From: an uncultured Gemmatimonadaceae bacterium
GTDB taxonomy: Bacteria; Gemmatimonadota; Gemmatimonadetes; Gemmatimonadales; Gemmatimonadaceae
Assembly: GCA_963790305.1 (NCBI GenBank)
Contig: CAWBOC010000001.1
Span: 64,001-128,000, forward strand
Length of the DNA: 64,000 nucleotides
Direction of reading: 5' to 3'
The position numbers and the translations under genes are program-made. Below, one piece after another: positions 1 through 10,654 of this stretch; position 1 is the stretch's first letter; each line of letters opens with the position of its first letter. Under the pieces are notes generated by a model. It was not told the origin of the DNA. It searched no databases and saw nothing but the letters and a program-made list of their open reading frames with translations.

Positions 1-1920
1 CTGTTCGGCGAGAATCGTCGTCGGAACGAGGACGGCAACCTGTTTCCCCGACTGGACGGTCTTGAACGCGGCGCGCACGGCGACCTCGGTCTTGCCGTAT
101 CCCACATCCCCGACCAACAGGCGATCCATGGGACGCGGGGCTTCCATGTCCCCTTTCACCTGTTCCGTCGCCCGACGCTGATCGGGAGTATCCTCGAAGA
201 GAAAGGACGACTCGAGCTGGCGCTGCCACGCCGTGTCGGGAAGTGCCGGCATCTTCGTGGCCATCTTGCGGCGCGCATAGAGATCGAGGAGCTCCATCGT
301 CATCTCCTCGAGCGCGGCCCGTGTCTTGTCACGCTGGGCCGCCCAGCGTCGGCCGCCGAGCTTGTGCAGCCGTGGGGGCGTCGCCTCATCGCCGTCGGTC
401 GCCGAGCGATAGCGCTCGATCTGGTCGATACGGTAGAGGGGCACATTGAGCCGATCGCCCCCCTCGTACTCGATGACCGCGACCTCGAGCGTGCTCTGCC
501 CCGCGAAGATGGTGTCGATGCCCCTGTAGATCCCGATGCCGTGCTCGAGGTGGACGACGAAGTCGCCCGCCTTGAGCGCCGTCATCGTTTCGAGCGGGGC
601 GCCACTCGCATAACGACGGGAACGGCGCAAGCGGCGCTCGCGACGGAAGATCTCGTGGTCCGTCAGGACGCGAAGACCATGTCGGAGTGCGGCCGCCCCA
701 GGGGGCACCCGCGGATCGCGGATATCGTCGTTTGGAACGACGAACCCGCCCCCGAGTACCCCCACCGCGAGATCTGCTGTGACAGGGCGACGCCCGTCCT
801 CGCCTAACAACTCATCCAGGCGCTCCGCCTGGCCGACGTTGTCGCACACAATCAGCGTCGACATGCCGTCCGTCAGGATGGCGCGCAGTCGCTTGATGTC
901 GCGATCGATCGCCTCGGGCCGTCGCAGCGGGAAGGTGACATCGGCGGGCGCGTCCGGGTCGTCATCGCGCTCCCGAAGGGCGAGCGTCGAAAACTCCGCC
1001 ATCGCGCGCAGCGCTTCTTCAGGCGACCGAAAGAGCTCCTCTCGCGGCGGTGCGTCCTCGCCGCGACGCCGTGCCAGCTCGATATGGTGCCGGGCCTCAT
1101 CCCACGTGCGTCGCATCTCCGGCTCCAGATGCGTCCCGCCAGGAAGGAGGATGACGGAGTCGGGAGGAAGCAGCTCGGTCAGCGACCCACGAGGCGTCGC
1201 GTCGTCAGCGTCGTCTTCCGATGCCGGCGTATCGACCGGAAGAATGATGACGTGCTCCACGTCGCGGGTGGAGCGCTGCGTCAGAATATCGAACTGCCGG
1301 AGCGAGGTGATCTCGTCGCCCCAGAACTCGAGCCGCACCGGGCTCGCCATCCCGAACCCGTAAATGTCGACAATGCCGCCTCGTACCGAGAACTGCGCCA
1401 CGTCATCGACGAGAGACACGCGCTCGAACCCGATCGACTCGAGGTGAGAGGTCAGGGCTTCGAGCCGCCGTTGCTCACCGTGCCGGATCTCGAGCCGGCC
1501 GGTTCGCAGCGCACTTGGGAGCCGCGTGCGCTCGAGAACGGCACGAGCCGTCGTCACCAGGAGCCGTACGCGACCGCGTGCCACCTGCTCCAGCGTTTCG
1601 ACCCGCTCGCCCGCGATCTCGAGGTGCGGCTCGACTTCACCGAACCCTTCGCGCGGCGGATACAACGCGACAGCGTCCGAGTCCTCGGCGAGCGATGCGA
1701 GGTCGGCGAGCCATCGCTCGGCATCAGGGAGCGTTTCGGCGACGATGACGAAGAATCGACGTTCACCAGCGCCGCGCACCAACGTCGCAGCGAGGGCCGC
1801 GTCACTCGACCCCGGGAGTCCCGCGATCGTGAGCCGACGCCCGGGCGGCGGAAAGGTGTTCCTGACGCGTGCGTAGGCCGGAAGCGATTCGAGCGCGTCG
1901 AGGATGCGCGGCAGCGCCAC
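1..1920 (-). CDS. mfd: Transcription-repair coupling factor, 3' end beyond window
   Basis: Manual minus-strand translation gives DMEAPRPMDRLLVGDVGYGKTEVAVRAAFK (RecG/Mfd helicase motif I). GTG start at 1920 is in frame with the window edge. Confidence 0.95.
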   Translation of the reverse strand, partial: MALPRILDALESLPAYARVRNTFPPPGRRLTIAGLPGSSDAALAATLVRGAGERRFFVIVAETLPDAERWLADLASLAEDSDAVALYPPREGFGEVEPHLEIAGERVETLEQVARGRVRLLVTTARAVLERTRLPSALRTGRLEIRHGEQRRLEALTSHLESIGFERVSLVDDVAQFSVRGGIVDIYGFGMASPVRLEFWGDEITSLRQFDILTQRSTRDVEHVIILPVDTPASEDDADDATPRGSLTELLPPDSVILLPGGTHLEPEMRRTWDEARHHIELARRRGEDAPPREELFRSPEEALRAMAEFSTLALRERDDDPDAPADVTFPLRRPEAIDRDIKRLRAILTDGMSTLIVCDNVGQAERLDELLGEDGRRPVTADLAVGVLGGGFVVPNDDIRDPRVPPGAAALRHGLRVLTDHEIFRRERRLRRSRRYASGAPLETMTALKAGDFVVHLEHGIGIYRGIDTIFAGQSTLEVAVIEYEGGDRLNVPLYRIDQIERYRSATDGDEATPPRLHKLGGRRWAAQRDKTRAALEEMTMELLDLYARRKMATKMPALPDTAWQRQLESSFLFEDTPDQRRATEQVKGDMEAPRPMDRLLVGDVGYGKTEVAVRAAFKTVQSGKQVAVLVPTTILAEQ

Positions 1921-1921
1921 G

Positions 1922-3754
1922 CTACGAGGCTCTCCGCTGGCCGGCGCCCGCCACGGCCGACTCGAGAACGAGCACCGCGAGGGCGAGCACGAGCACAGGC
2001 ACGAGCAACGAGCGCCGAGGCGAAGAGGAGAACAGCGAGGCCGCCCATTGCCCGCTGTCGGGCAGTACCACCTCACGTGCCCGCACCCGTGCGCCGAGCG
2101 TCGCGCCATCGAGGCGAGCAAGGTTCGACTCGTCAGGCTCGGGATTCACCACCAGCGCGCCGACGCGACGTCCGCCGCGGAGGAAGAACGCGACGCCAGC
2201 ACGATCGGGAGCGACCACCGTGTCGGTGGCGAGCGCGACGCGACGTCCCCCTGGAAGCTCGAGCTGATCCGCACCGGCGGGGTGGGCGACGGGCGCGCCT
2301 GGCGATGTGTAAAGGACAGTCCCTGCGTCGCCGAAGAGGCGCTGTGTGACGACGTCAGTGAGCCACGGAATGAACGCGGCACGCACGGGGAGCGATGTCG
2401 CATCGGGGGTGAGCGGAGACGCGACGAGTACGTAGCCAGGACCGGCAACGATCCACGGCTCCGCGCCTGCCGTCGCGATCGTGTCCGACGCGGCACCCCC
2501 GATGTGGCGAAGGGAGTGGCGCCGAGCAACGGTGACCCCGTCGAGTGGGCGGACCCCTTCTGCCGCGCCACGAGCAGCGATCTCGCCTTGTCGCAGCTCG
2601 CCGAGACGCCAGGGAACGCCGAGTCGCTCCAGGACGCGGTTGGCTGCCCCTGCGCGCACCGGATCGGCAGGAGCGAACAGGAGCGCGGGAAGCCTAACGG
2701 CGACATCGGCGGGAGCAATGCCCACATCGCTTCCAGCCACGACCCGCTCCGTTTGGCGCAAGGCATCGACCGCGCTTTGCGCAAAGGTCGCGATCTCGCG
2801 ATGAACGGCAATTCCGGGCGCTGGGCCGACCCACGCGGCGAAGTGGCGCACATCGTCCCCGCGCAGCTCGTCCGGCTCGAGCTCCACGGTCCCCGCGCTC
2901 CATCCCTGCTCCGGCGGCGCGACGCGCACGATCACCTCTTCATCGCGCGCGGCCGTGCCGCGTGCAAGCGTTCGCCCCTCGAGCGTGAATCGATAGGTCG
3001 CAGTATCGGGCGCGCGAAAGCGAGCGATGACGGCCCCGCGAGGGGTCCATCGGGTCGGTTGGGCGTCGGCGCGCGATACCGCCATGTTCGGCGGCGGATT
3101 TCCAGGAGCGCGATGGAGGACGACGCGGACATCGCCGACGGAAACCGCACGCCGCCAGGTCGAGGCTTGCGCATGGGTGATGATCACGATCTCGCGCTCA
3201 TGCATCCAGCGGGACGAGGGCGGCCCTTCGCGAGCGAGCGCCGCCGCACGTGCGACCGCTCGCTCGAGATCACCAGCACCCGCGAGCGGCTCGACATGAT
3301 CGATCGCATCCAGAACGACGCCCCGCGACCCGCCGCGCGAGACGCCGTCAGCGGTGATGAGAAAGATCCGGTCCTCACCGCTCGCGCGCGACACGACGTC
3401 GCGCGCTCGGGAACGCAGTCCGTCCAGCACCGGCGTTCCGTCCTGAATCGCCGATGCGCTGAGCGAATTGTCGAGCACGATCGCGACGGTAGTTGGTGCA
3501 TGTCCCCCGCCGGCCAGGCGCGCGATAGGCCGCGCCGCCGCGATCGTCAGGATGAGGACGGCCGCCACGCGCAGCAGCATGAGGAGAAGGTTCCGCATGC
3601 GCAGCTTTCGGCTGTGCTCGCGCTCCGCGCGCGCGAGGTAGCGCACCGCGGGAAAGTCGATGCGCGTGCCAATGCGCCGACGCATGAGGTGCAGGAGCAG
3701 GGGCACCGCGATTGCCGCAGCCGCCGCCAGCCAGACAGGCGAGAGGAACTCCAT
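1922..3754 (-). CDS. BatA N-terminal / VWA-domain membrane protein
   Basis: MEFLSPVWLAAAAAIAVPLLLHL..RIDFPAVRYL (BatA-like), VLDNSLS MIDAS-like motif, C-terminal TM. ATG overlaps the DUF58 stop (TAATG). Confidence 0.85.
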   Translation of the reverse strand: MEFLSPVWLAAAAAIAVPLLLHLMRRRIGTRIDFPAVRYLARAEREHSRKLRMRNLLLMLLRVAAVLILTIAAARPIARLAGGGHAPTTVAIVLDNSLSASAIQDGTPVLDGLRSRARDVVSRASGEDRIFLITADGVSRGGSRGVVLDAIDHVEPLAGAGDLERAVARAAALAREGPPSSRWMHEREIVIITHAQASTWRRAVSVGDVRVVLHRAPGNPPPNMAVSRADAQPTRWTPRGAVIARFRAPDTATYRFTLEGRTLARGTAARDEEVIVRVAPPEQGWSAGTVELEPDELRGDDVRHFAAWVGPAPGIAVHREIATFAQSAVDALRQTERVVAGSDVGIAPADVAVRLPALLFAPADPVRAGAANRVLERLGVPWRLGELRQGEIAARGAAEGVRPLDGVTVARRHSLRHIGGAASDTIATAGAEPWIVAGPGYVLVASPLTPDATSLPVRAAFIPWLTDVVTQRLFGDAGTVLYTSPGAPVAHPAGADQLELPGGRRVALATDTVVAPDRAGVAFFLRGGRRVGALVVNPEPDESNLARLDGATLGARVRAREVVLPDSGQWAASLFSSSPRRSLLVPVLVLALAVLVLESAVAGAGQRRAS

Positions 3755-4656
3755 TATGGCAACCGTTGTCGGATCGCGAATGCTCGCCGCAAGGGGATGC
3801 CGAACGGCTCGTTCGTCATCACGACCTCGTACGACGCGCCCACCGCCGAGAGTGCCGCCCGCCACTCCGCAATGGCCGCCACGACGGTCGCCCGATAGGC
3901 GGTGCGCACATCGGCCACCGTCGCCGTGACTTCACTTCCCGATTCCGGGTCGACGAAAATCGCGTCGCTCGCGAACGGCAGCTCGCGCTCCGCCGGATCG
4001 AGTACGTGAAGGACGGTGACATGGTGGCCAGCGCTGCGAAGGGAGCGCACCGCGCGCACCACCTCTTGAGGCTCGAAGAGAAGGTCGGAAATGAGGAGAA
4101 TCATGCCGCGGCGGGGCACCACGCGCGCGGCACGCTCCAACGCCCCCGCGGCGTAGGAGGCCTTTCCGGCGCCGGGATCATCGAGCGCGGCGACGAGCCG
4201 GCGCCATTGTCCCGAACGCATGCGCGGCGGAATCACCGTGCGAACGCGGTCGTCGAAGCGAACCAGGCCCACCGAATCGCGCTGCCGCAGAAGCAAAAGC
4301 GCCACCGCCGCACCGAGGCGCTCGGCGTAGGCGAGCTTCGTGAGGCGCGCCGGGTCGCCAGTCCAGCTCATCGAGGCGCTCACGTCGAGGACGAGCGTGG
4401 CGCGCAGGTTCGTCTCCTCCTCGTACTGCTTCACCACCCACCGGTCGATGCGTGCGGCGATGCGCCAATCCACGTAGCGGAGATCGTCTCCCGGCTGATA
4501 TGGGCGATGCTCCGCGAACTCGACCGAGAATCCTTTGCGGGGCGACCGGTGCAGCCCGGAGATGAACCCATCGACCACCCACCGCGCCACGAGCTCGATG
4601 CGGCCGAGTGCGGCCAGCATCGCGGGGTCAAGGAGGTCGGCGCGCTTGTTGTCCAT
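3754..4656 (-). CDS. DUF58 family protein (MoxR-associated VWA-like)
   Basis: GLHRSPRKGFSVEFAEHRPYQPGDDLRYVDWR, VLDVSASM, LISDLL. Confidence 0.92.
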   Translation of the reverse strand: MDNKRADLLDPAMLAALGRIELVARWVVDGFISGLHRSPRKGFSVEFAEHRPYQPGDDLRYVDWRIAARIDRWVVKQYEEETNLRATLVLDVSASMSWTGDPARLTKLAYAERLGAAVALLLLRQRDSVGLVRFDDRVRTVIPPRMRSGQWRRLVAALDDPGAGKASYAAGALERAARVVPRRGMILLISDLLFEPQEVVRAVRSLRSAGHHVTVLHVLDPAERELPFASDAIFVDPESGSEVTATVADVRTAYRATVVAAIAEWRAALSAVGASYEVVMTNEPFGIPLRRAFAIRQRLP

Positions 4657-4700
4657 CGAGAATGAGAAGGTAGTGACTGGGGCCAAGGAACGGCAAAGAA

Positions 4701-4785
4701 TCGAGGTCATCGAGGTCGTCGAGGCGGTCCAGGTAATCAGGTGATGTCGTCCTTGATCACTTCGACATCCTCGACTACCTCGACT
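4701..4785. repeat. Palindromic tandem-repeat element, family A: (GAGGTSRTC)n arm plus inverted arm
   Basis: tcgaggtcatcgaggtcgtcgaggcggtc...cttcgacatcctcgactacctcga. Confidence 0.8.
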
Positions 4786-4990
4786 CCCTGCCTTCGGGGT
4801 GTCACCGATGTCCGTGTGTCGGGCGTCTCCCGGATGTGACAGTCTCTGAACGGCAGGACCGTGGAACGCCGTAACAGATTGTCATTTCGCAGGTTAGCAG
4901 TAAGCCTGGCCGGGCATGGCGCGTGCCCATATCCTCCGTGAAGGCGTGCATCTCAAAACGCCCGTCGTTCACTCTTGCAGGATCTCTACG

Positions 4991-6460
4991 ATGAGCTCCT
5001 TCGCCTACGTCCTGGCTTTCGTTGCCGGTCTCGCCTCGGGCGCTTCAGCCCCCGACTCTGCGGGCCGCGCGTCCTTTGTCACGCCGTCCTGGTTCTTCGG
5101 CAACGTGCGGCTCGGCTACGAGGCGCCCGATGTCGAGCTGTGGGTGAGCGGGGACAATCTCTTCCGTCGCGGCGACCGCGCGCGCGTCTACTTCCGAACC
5201 GATGAGGATGCGTACGTCACGATCGTGCGCATCGACACGGACGGACGCGTCGATATTCTCTTCCCCGAGGACCCGTACGACAACGCCGAGGTCCGCGGGG
5301 GGCATACCTACCGCGTGTACGGGCATGGGCACGAGTCGTTCGTGATCAACGACTACCCCGGGCTCGGCTACATCTTCGCCATCTCCTCGTGGGAGCCGTT
5401 CGACTACGAGCGGGTCTCGCAAGGGCGTCACTGGGACTATCGTTATGCGGGTGGCCGCGTCCACCGCGACCCCTACACCGCGGCGCGTGACTTCGCGGAG
5501 CTGCTGCTCGAGGATTCGCGCGCGGCCTACTCATTCGACGTGGCCGAGTATCACGTCGAGCGGCGCGTGAGCTACCCCCGATTCCTCTGCTACGACTGCC
5601 ACTCCTACCGGCCCTACCCGGTGTGGAACCCGTACTCGCACGCCTGCGTGAAGTTCCGGATCGTGGTGTGGGATGACCCGTACTATTATCCGTATCGCCG
5701 GTACGGTGGCCGCCGTGTGGTCTACGTCCGCGACCGCGTGCGCGAACCGCGCTATGAGTTCAAGGAGCTGCCGCGCGGAACGCGTCCATCGGACGCGACG
5801 CTCGTCGAGTACCGCAAGCGCGCGAGCACCACGGATCAGCGTCGCCCGGGCTCACCGCTCGAGGACGCGAACGTCACGAGCCGTCGCCGCGCAGAGGAAG
5901 GTGCATCGCGGACCGGCAGTGGAGCGACGCGTCCCGGCGATGACATCCGCTCGGAGCCATCGACGAGCGGGCGCCGTCGCCCCACGGAGCTGGATCGCGA
6001 CGAAGGAACGAACGCCACCTCGCCGATCCGTTCGCCACGCCGCGATCCACCATCGCGGGACGAGCGTGCGGACGAAGATCTGGGACGTGGAGTGCGCGCT
6101 CCACGCCGCGACGAACCGAACGCCGAGGTCGAACGCAACGATCGCGCAGATGATCGCGTGATCATCGAGGATCGCGGCCGGCGCGAGCCGCGCACCGATG
6201 AGCCACGTGCGGAACCGCGTGCCGAGCCACGGCGCGAGGAACCGCGGCGCGAATCGCAACGTGAGGAACCGCGGAGTGAGCCTCGTGCAGAGCCACGTAG
6301 CGAGCCCCGTCGCGAAGCTCCCGCTCCGCGAGCCGAGCCGAGGCGCGAGGCGCCGCGCTCGGAGCCAAAGGCCGAGCCGCGACGAGAGTCCCCGCCTCAG
6401 CCGAAGAGCGAGCCGCGTCGGTCGACACCGTCGAATAGTGGAGGGCGGCGGACGGAATAG
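4991..6460 (+). CDS. Secreted DUF4384-domain protein with CxxCH motif and long R/E/P-rich disordered tail
   Basis: Signal-peptide-like N-terminus; GDRARVYFRTDEDAYVTIVRIDTDGRVDILFP (DUF4384-like); CYDCH; EPRAEPRREEPR repeats. Confidence 0.75.
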   Translation: MSSFAYVLAFVAGLASGASAPDSAGRASFVTPSWFFGNVRLGYEAPDVELWVSGDNLFRRGDRARVYFRTDEDAYVTIVRIDTDGRVDILFPEDPYDNAEVRGGHTYRVYGHGHESFVINDYPGLGYIFAISSWEPFDYERVSQGRHWDYRYAGGRVHRDPYTAARDFAELLLEDSRAAYSFDVAEYHVERRVSYPRFLCYDCHSYRPYPVWNPYSHACVKFRIVVWDDPYYYPYRRYGGRRVVYVRDRVREPRYEFKELPRGTRPSDATLVEYRKRASTTDQRRPGSPLEDANVTSRRRAEEGASRTGSGATRPGDDIRSEPSTSGRRRPTELDRDEGTNATSPIRSPRRDPPSRDERADEDLGRGVRAPRRDEPNAEVERNDRADDRVIIEDRGRREPRTDEPRAEPRAEPRREEPRRESQREEPRSEPRAEPRSEPRREAPAPRAEPRREAPRSEPKAEPRRESPPQPKSEPRRSTPSNSGGRRTE

Positions 6461-6570
6461 GTGATCGAGGTCGTCGAGGTCGTCGAGGCGGTCAAGGACA
6501 ACAACTCCCTGGCCGCCTCGATTGCTTTACCTCCATCACCTGGACCACCTCGACGACGTCGACCACCTAT
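6458..6570. repeat. Palindromic tandem-repeat element, family A
   Basis: taggtgatcgaggtcgtcgaggtcgtcgagg...accacctcgacgacgtcgaccaccta. Confidence 0.8.
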
Positions 6571-6614
6571 ATTTCAGGATTCCCGTAGCCGCCTCGCCCA
6601 AGCCCAGAGTCCCG

Positions 6615-8411
6615 TTGAAGCTCGAGCACATCCGCAACTTCTGCATCGTCGCCCACATCGATCACGGGAAGTCCACGCTCGCCGACCGCCTCATCGAGGC
6701 GACCGGAATGGCTGAAGCGCGCGAGATGAAGGAGCAAGTGCTCGATACGCTCGATCTCGAGCGGGAGCGCGGCATCACGATCAAGCTGAACGCCGTCCGA
6801 ATGAGCTACGATGCGCAAGACGGGCGCACGTACGAGCTCAACCTCATCGACACGCCGGGCCACGTCGATTTCACCTACGAGGTCTCGCGCTCGCTGGCCG
6901 CGTGCGAGGGTGCAATTCTCGTCGTCGACGCCTCGCAGGGCATTCAGGCGCAGACGTTGTCCAATCTCTTCCTGGCGCTCGATGCCGGCCTCGAGATCAT
7001 TCCCGTCCTGAACAAGATCGACCTTCCCGGCGCCGCCCCCGACCAGCGCGCCCAGGAGATTCACGATCTGATTGGCACCCCCGTCGATGAGATCCTTCGC
7101 ATCAGCGCCAAGGAAGGGATCGGGATCGATGCTCTCCTCGAGCGGGTCGTCGCGAAGGTTCCGCCTCCCGTCGGCAACCCGGACGGACCGCTGCGCGCAT
7201 TGATCTTCGATTCGTACTACGATCGATACCGGGGCGCCATCCCGAGTATCCGCGTCGTCGACGGGACCATCGCACCGGGGATGAAGATTGCGTTCGGCGC
7301 GAGCGATTCGACGTACGAGGTCATCGAAGTGGGCTATCGGCAGCTGCGCCCAATCGAGACCGATCATCTGGGACCGGGGGAAGTGGGGTACGTCGTCGCA
7401 AACGTGCGCGCCGTGCGGGAGACGCGCGTGGGCGACACGATCTTCGACGCCGACCATCGCGCGGCCGAAGCGCTTCCCGGCTACAAGGACATCAAGTCCA
7501 TGGTGTTCTCGGGCCTCTACCCGACCGACCCCAATCGGTACGAGGACCTTCGCGACGCGCTCGAGCGGCTTCAGCTCAACGACGCCTCGCTGCATTACGA
7601 GCCCGAGACGTCGACCGCACTCGGCTTCGGCTTTCGATGCGGCTTCCTCGGTCTGCTGCACATGGAGATCGTCCAGGAGCGGCTCGAGCGGGAATGGGAT
7701 CTCGACCTCGTCACGACGGTACCGAACGTCGAATATCACGTGTACAAGAACGACGAGACGATGATGCTCCTCGAGAATCCCTCGGCAATGCCGCACGGAT
7801 CGGTCGTCGACCACGTGGAGGAGCCATACGTCAAGGCACGCATCGTCGCGCCAGCCGACTACATCGGGGCGATCATGCAGCTCGGCACCGACCGGCGCGG
7901 CGTGTACAAGAACATGCATTACGTCGACTCCGCCCGCGTCGAGTTCGACTGGGAGTTTCCGCTGGCGGAGATCATCCTGGACTTCTACGACAAGCTGAAG
8001 ACCATCAGCCGCGGATATGCGAGCCTCGACTACGAGATGCTCGACTATCGCCAGAGCGATCTGGTGAAGCTCGACATGCTGATCAACGGCGACCCCGTAG
8101 ATGCGTTCTCCGTCATCATCCACCGCGACAAGGCGTACGAGTGGGGACGGAAGATCGCCGACAAGCTCAAGGAGCTGATTCCGCGTCAGCTGTTCGAGGT
8201 CGTCATCCAGGCGGCCATCGGCACCAAGGTCATCGCGCGCACGACGGTGAAGGCGCTCCGCAAGAACGTGCTCGCCAAGTGCTACGGCGGCGACATCACC
8301 CGGAAGCGCAAGCTCCTCGAAAAGCAGAAGGAAGGAAAGCGCCGCATGAAGCAGGTGGGATCCGTCGAGATCCCGCAGGAAGCCTTCCTCGCGGTGCTCC
8401 AGGTCGATTGA
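6615..8411 (+). CDS. lepA: Elongation factor 4 (LepA)
   Basis: [50 protein letters not shown]; probable TTG start at 6615. Confidence 0.97.
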   Translation: MKLEHIRNFCIVAHIDHGKSTLADRLIEATGMAEAREMKEQVLDTLDLERERGITIKLNAVRMSYDAQDGRTYELNLIDTPGHVDFTYEVSRSLAACEGAILVVDASQGIQAQTLSNLFLALDAGLEIIPVLNKIDLPGAAPDQRAQEIHDLIGTPVDEILRISAKEGIGIDALLERVVAKVPPPVGNPDGPLRALIFDSYYDRYRGAIPSIRVVDGTIAPGMKIAFGASDSTYEVIEVGYRQLRPIETDHLGPGEVGYVVANVRAVRETRVGDTIFDADHRAAEALPGYKDIKSMVFSGLYPTDPNRYEDLRDALERLQLNDASLHYEPETSTALGFGFRCGFLGLLHMEIVQERLEREWDLDLVTTVPNVEYHVYKNDETMMLLENPSAMPHGSVVDHVEEPYVKARIVAPADYIGAIMQLGTDRRGVYKNMHYVDSARVEFDWEFPLAEIILDFYDKLKTISRGYASLDYEMLDYRQSDLVKLDMLINGDPVDAFSVIIHRDKAYEWGRKIADKLKELIPRQLFEVVIQAAIGTKVIARTTVKALRKNVLAKCYGGDITRKRKLLEKQKEGKRRMKQVGSVEIPQEAFLAVLQVD

Positions 8412-9514
8412 TGGCGCTGCCCGCGCCCGCCGAGCCCTTGTCCGGCGCGGACCGGGGCGCGCGTCCGCAGGGGCCTTTCACGCAGACTTCGCTCGTCATT
8501 CAGACGGCCTTCATCGGTGACACCATCCTGACGACGCCGCTGATCGCCGAGCTCGCCACACGCGGTCCCGTCGACATCGTCACCACCCCGGTGTCGGCCG
8601 GCCTCCTCCAGAACAACCCTGCGGTGCGTCGCATTTTCGTTTTCGACAAACGAAACGCTCAGCGTGGAATCGGAGGACTCTGGGCGATGGCGCGGACGAT
8701 TCGCCGGCATCGCGCCGAGCGCGATACCGGCGTCGACCGCACGGTCGCGTATCTCGCGCAGGGCTCCCCACGCAGCGCGGCACTGGCGGTGCTCGCTGGG
8801 GTGCATGAGCGGGTTGGCTTCGCGACATCGCCGGCTCGCTCGATGTACACGAAGAAGGTTCCATACCTCGAGAATCAGCATCACGCCGCACGGCTGTGGC
8901 TCCTCGCGTTCCCGAACGAGCAGACGGCCGAGCCGCGGGCGGAGCGACTCCGCCCACGCCTTTTTCCAGGCGCCGCGGAGAAGGACGCAGTGAGCGAGCT
9001 TCTGCACGAGCATGGCGTGTCGGGTCCCTTCGTGGTGCTCGCACCCGGCAGTGTGTGGGCAACCAAGCGATGGCCCTACTATGCGGAGCTCGGCCAGCGA
9101 CTGGCGACGCGATTCCCCGTCGTCGTGATCGGTGGAAAGGATGATCAGCCGCACGCGGAGGCGATCGCGTCCGCGGTGCCGGCCGACCGTTTCGTCAGCG
9201 CGGTTGGTCGTCTCTCACTTCTCGCATCCGCCGAGCTCATCGGACGGGCTCGCGCGTTGGTGAGCAATGACTCGTCGCCGACGCACATGGCATCGGCGAT
9301 GGGAACGCCGACGATCACGATCTATGGTCCGACGGTATCGGACTTCGGCTTTGGTCCTCTGGCGCCGCGGTCGGCAACAATGGGGCACGCGGGCCTCGAG
9401 TGTCGTCCATGCGACCGTCACGGGCCACAGCGGTGCCCGCTCGGGCACTGGCGGTGCATGCGGGAGCTGGGCGTTAATGACGTGGAACGACTACTCGAGA
9501 AAGCGCTGGGATAG
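8411..9514 (+). CDS. Glycosyltransferase family 9 (LPS heptosyltransferase II-like)
   Basis: IQTAFIGDTILTTP, APGSVWATKRWP, VSNDSSPTHMASA; ATG overlaps the lepA stop. Confidence 0.9.
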   Translation: MALPAPAEPLSGADRGARPQGPFTQTSLVIQTAFIGDTILTTPLIAELATRGPVDIVTTPVSAGLLQNNPAVRRIFVFDKRNAQRGIGGLWAMARTIRRHRAERDTGVDRTVAYLAQGSPRSAALAVLAGVHERVGFATSPARSMYTKKVPYLENQHHAARLWLLAFPNEQTAEPRAERLRPRLFPGAAEKDAVSELLHEHGVSGPFVVLAPGSVWATKRWPYYAELGQRLATRFPVVVIGGKDDQPHAEAIASAVPADRFVSAVGRLSLLASAELIGRARALVSNDSSPTHMASAMGTPTITIYGPTVSDFGFGPLAPRSATMGHAGLECRPCDRHGPQRCPLGHWRCMRELGVNDVERLLEKALG

Positions 9515-9597
9515 CGCTAGGGGCGCGGGAATAGCGCTACAACTTCGACTGCGCCACCTGGCGCTTCTCCAGCGCTCCTAGCGCTCTTCCAGCGCTT
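9501..9597. repeat. Palindromic tandem-repeat element, family B (AGCGCT/GGCGCT core)
   Basis: aagcgctgggatagcgctaggggcgc...gcgcttctccagcgctcctagcgctcttccagcgctt. Confidence 0.7.
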
Positions 9598-9652
9598 TAC
9601 AGGGTTCCTAGATTACGTCACCGAACCAACTCACTCACACCAGCCACGCGAA

Positions 9653-10654
9653 ATGGCCCGCACGAAGCGCGAGAAGTTCATCATTGGGGTCGATCTCGGC
9701 GGCACCAACATCGTCGTCGGCGCGATGCCGGTCGATGGGAGTCGCGAGATCAGCATGCGGGCCGAGCCCACGCATTCCGAGCGCGGGCCCGAGGCGGTCG
9801 TCGATCGCATCGTCGCCATGCTCGAGCAGACGATGGCCGAGGCCATGGAACAGTCGAACGCGGCGCGAAAGGATTTTCTCGGCGTCGGCATTGGCGCGCC
9901 GGGACCACTCGATCGCGAGCGCGGCATGGTGATCGTCGCGCCCAACCTGGGCTGGTACGACTTTCCGCTGCGCGATGTCATCGCCGAGCGGGTTCGCCTC
10001 GAGGCGACGCTCGACAATGACGCGAACTGCGCAACGGTGGGCGAGTGGTGGCGGGGCGCCGCACGAGGGGGCCGGAACGTGGTCGGCCTAACGATCGGTA
10101 CCGGCATCGGCGGCGGTCTCATTTTCGATGGTCAGCTCTATCACGGCGCCTCCGACGTGGCCGGAGAGATTGGCCACACGACCATCGACTCGACCGGGCG
10201 CCACTGCAAGTGCGGCAACTACGGGTGCCTCGAGGCGTACGCCTCGGGACCCGCGATCGCGCTGCGCGCTCGCGAGGCGCTCGATCGGGATGAGGTGTCG
10301 ATGCTGCGCAAGATGGTGCACGACAATGTCGATGCGATCACGGCCGCGACGGTGTACGAAGCGGCGAACAAGGGGGACGCGCTGGCACTGGAGGTCGTGC
10401 GCGATACCGCCAAGTTCCTCGGGACGGGCGTCGCCAATCTGCTCAACGTGTTCAATCCCAATGTGGTCGTGATCGCGGGCGGCGTGACGAAGGCGGGCGA
10501 CAAGCTGTTCGAGCCGCTGCGCGCGGAAGTGAAGCGACGCGCCTTCCGGCCGGCGGTGGAAGCGTGCCGCATCGTGCCGGGTATCCTCCCGGGGACCGCC
10601 GGCGTGGTGGGGGCGATCGCGACGTTCAAGGCTCAAAAATTGGGGGAGGTTTGA
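9653..10654 (+). CDS. ROK family glucokinase
   Basis: GVDLGGTN, DNDANCA, GTGIGGG, EIGH, CKCGNYGCLEAYAS. Confidence 0.93.
   Translation: MARTKREKFIIGVDLGGTNIVVGAMPVDGSREISMRAEPTHSERGPEAVVDRIVAMLEQTMAEAMEQSNAARKDFLGVGIGAPGPLDRERGMVIVAPNLGWYDFPLRDVIAERVRLEATLDNDANCATVGEWWRGAARGGRNVVGLTIGTGIGGGLIFDGQLYHGASDVAGEIGHTTIDSTGRHCKCGNYGCLEAYASGPAIALRAREALDRDEVSMLRKMVHDNVDAITAATVYEAANKGDALALEVVRDTAKFLGTGVANLLNVFNPNVVVIAGGVTKAGDKLFEPLRAEVKRRAFRPAVEACRIVPGILPGTAGVVGAIATFKAQKLGEV

Noticed and set aside
1084..3898. Long plus-strand ORFs (421 and 664 aa) and similar antisense ORFs elsewhere
   Set aside because: Shadow frames of real genes in high-GC DNA; Arg/Ala-rich with no recognisable motifs.
6180..6420. 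GAGCCGCG-rich repeats as a DNA element
   Set aside because: Explained by the EPR-rich low-complexity protein tail.
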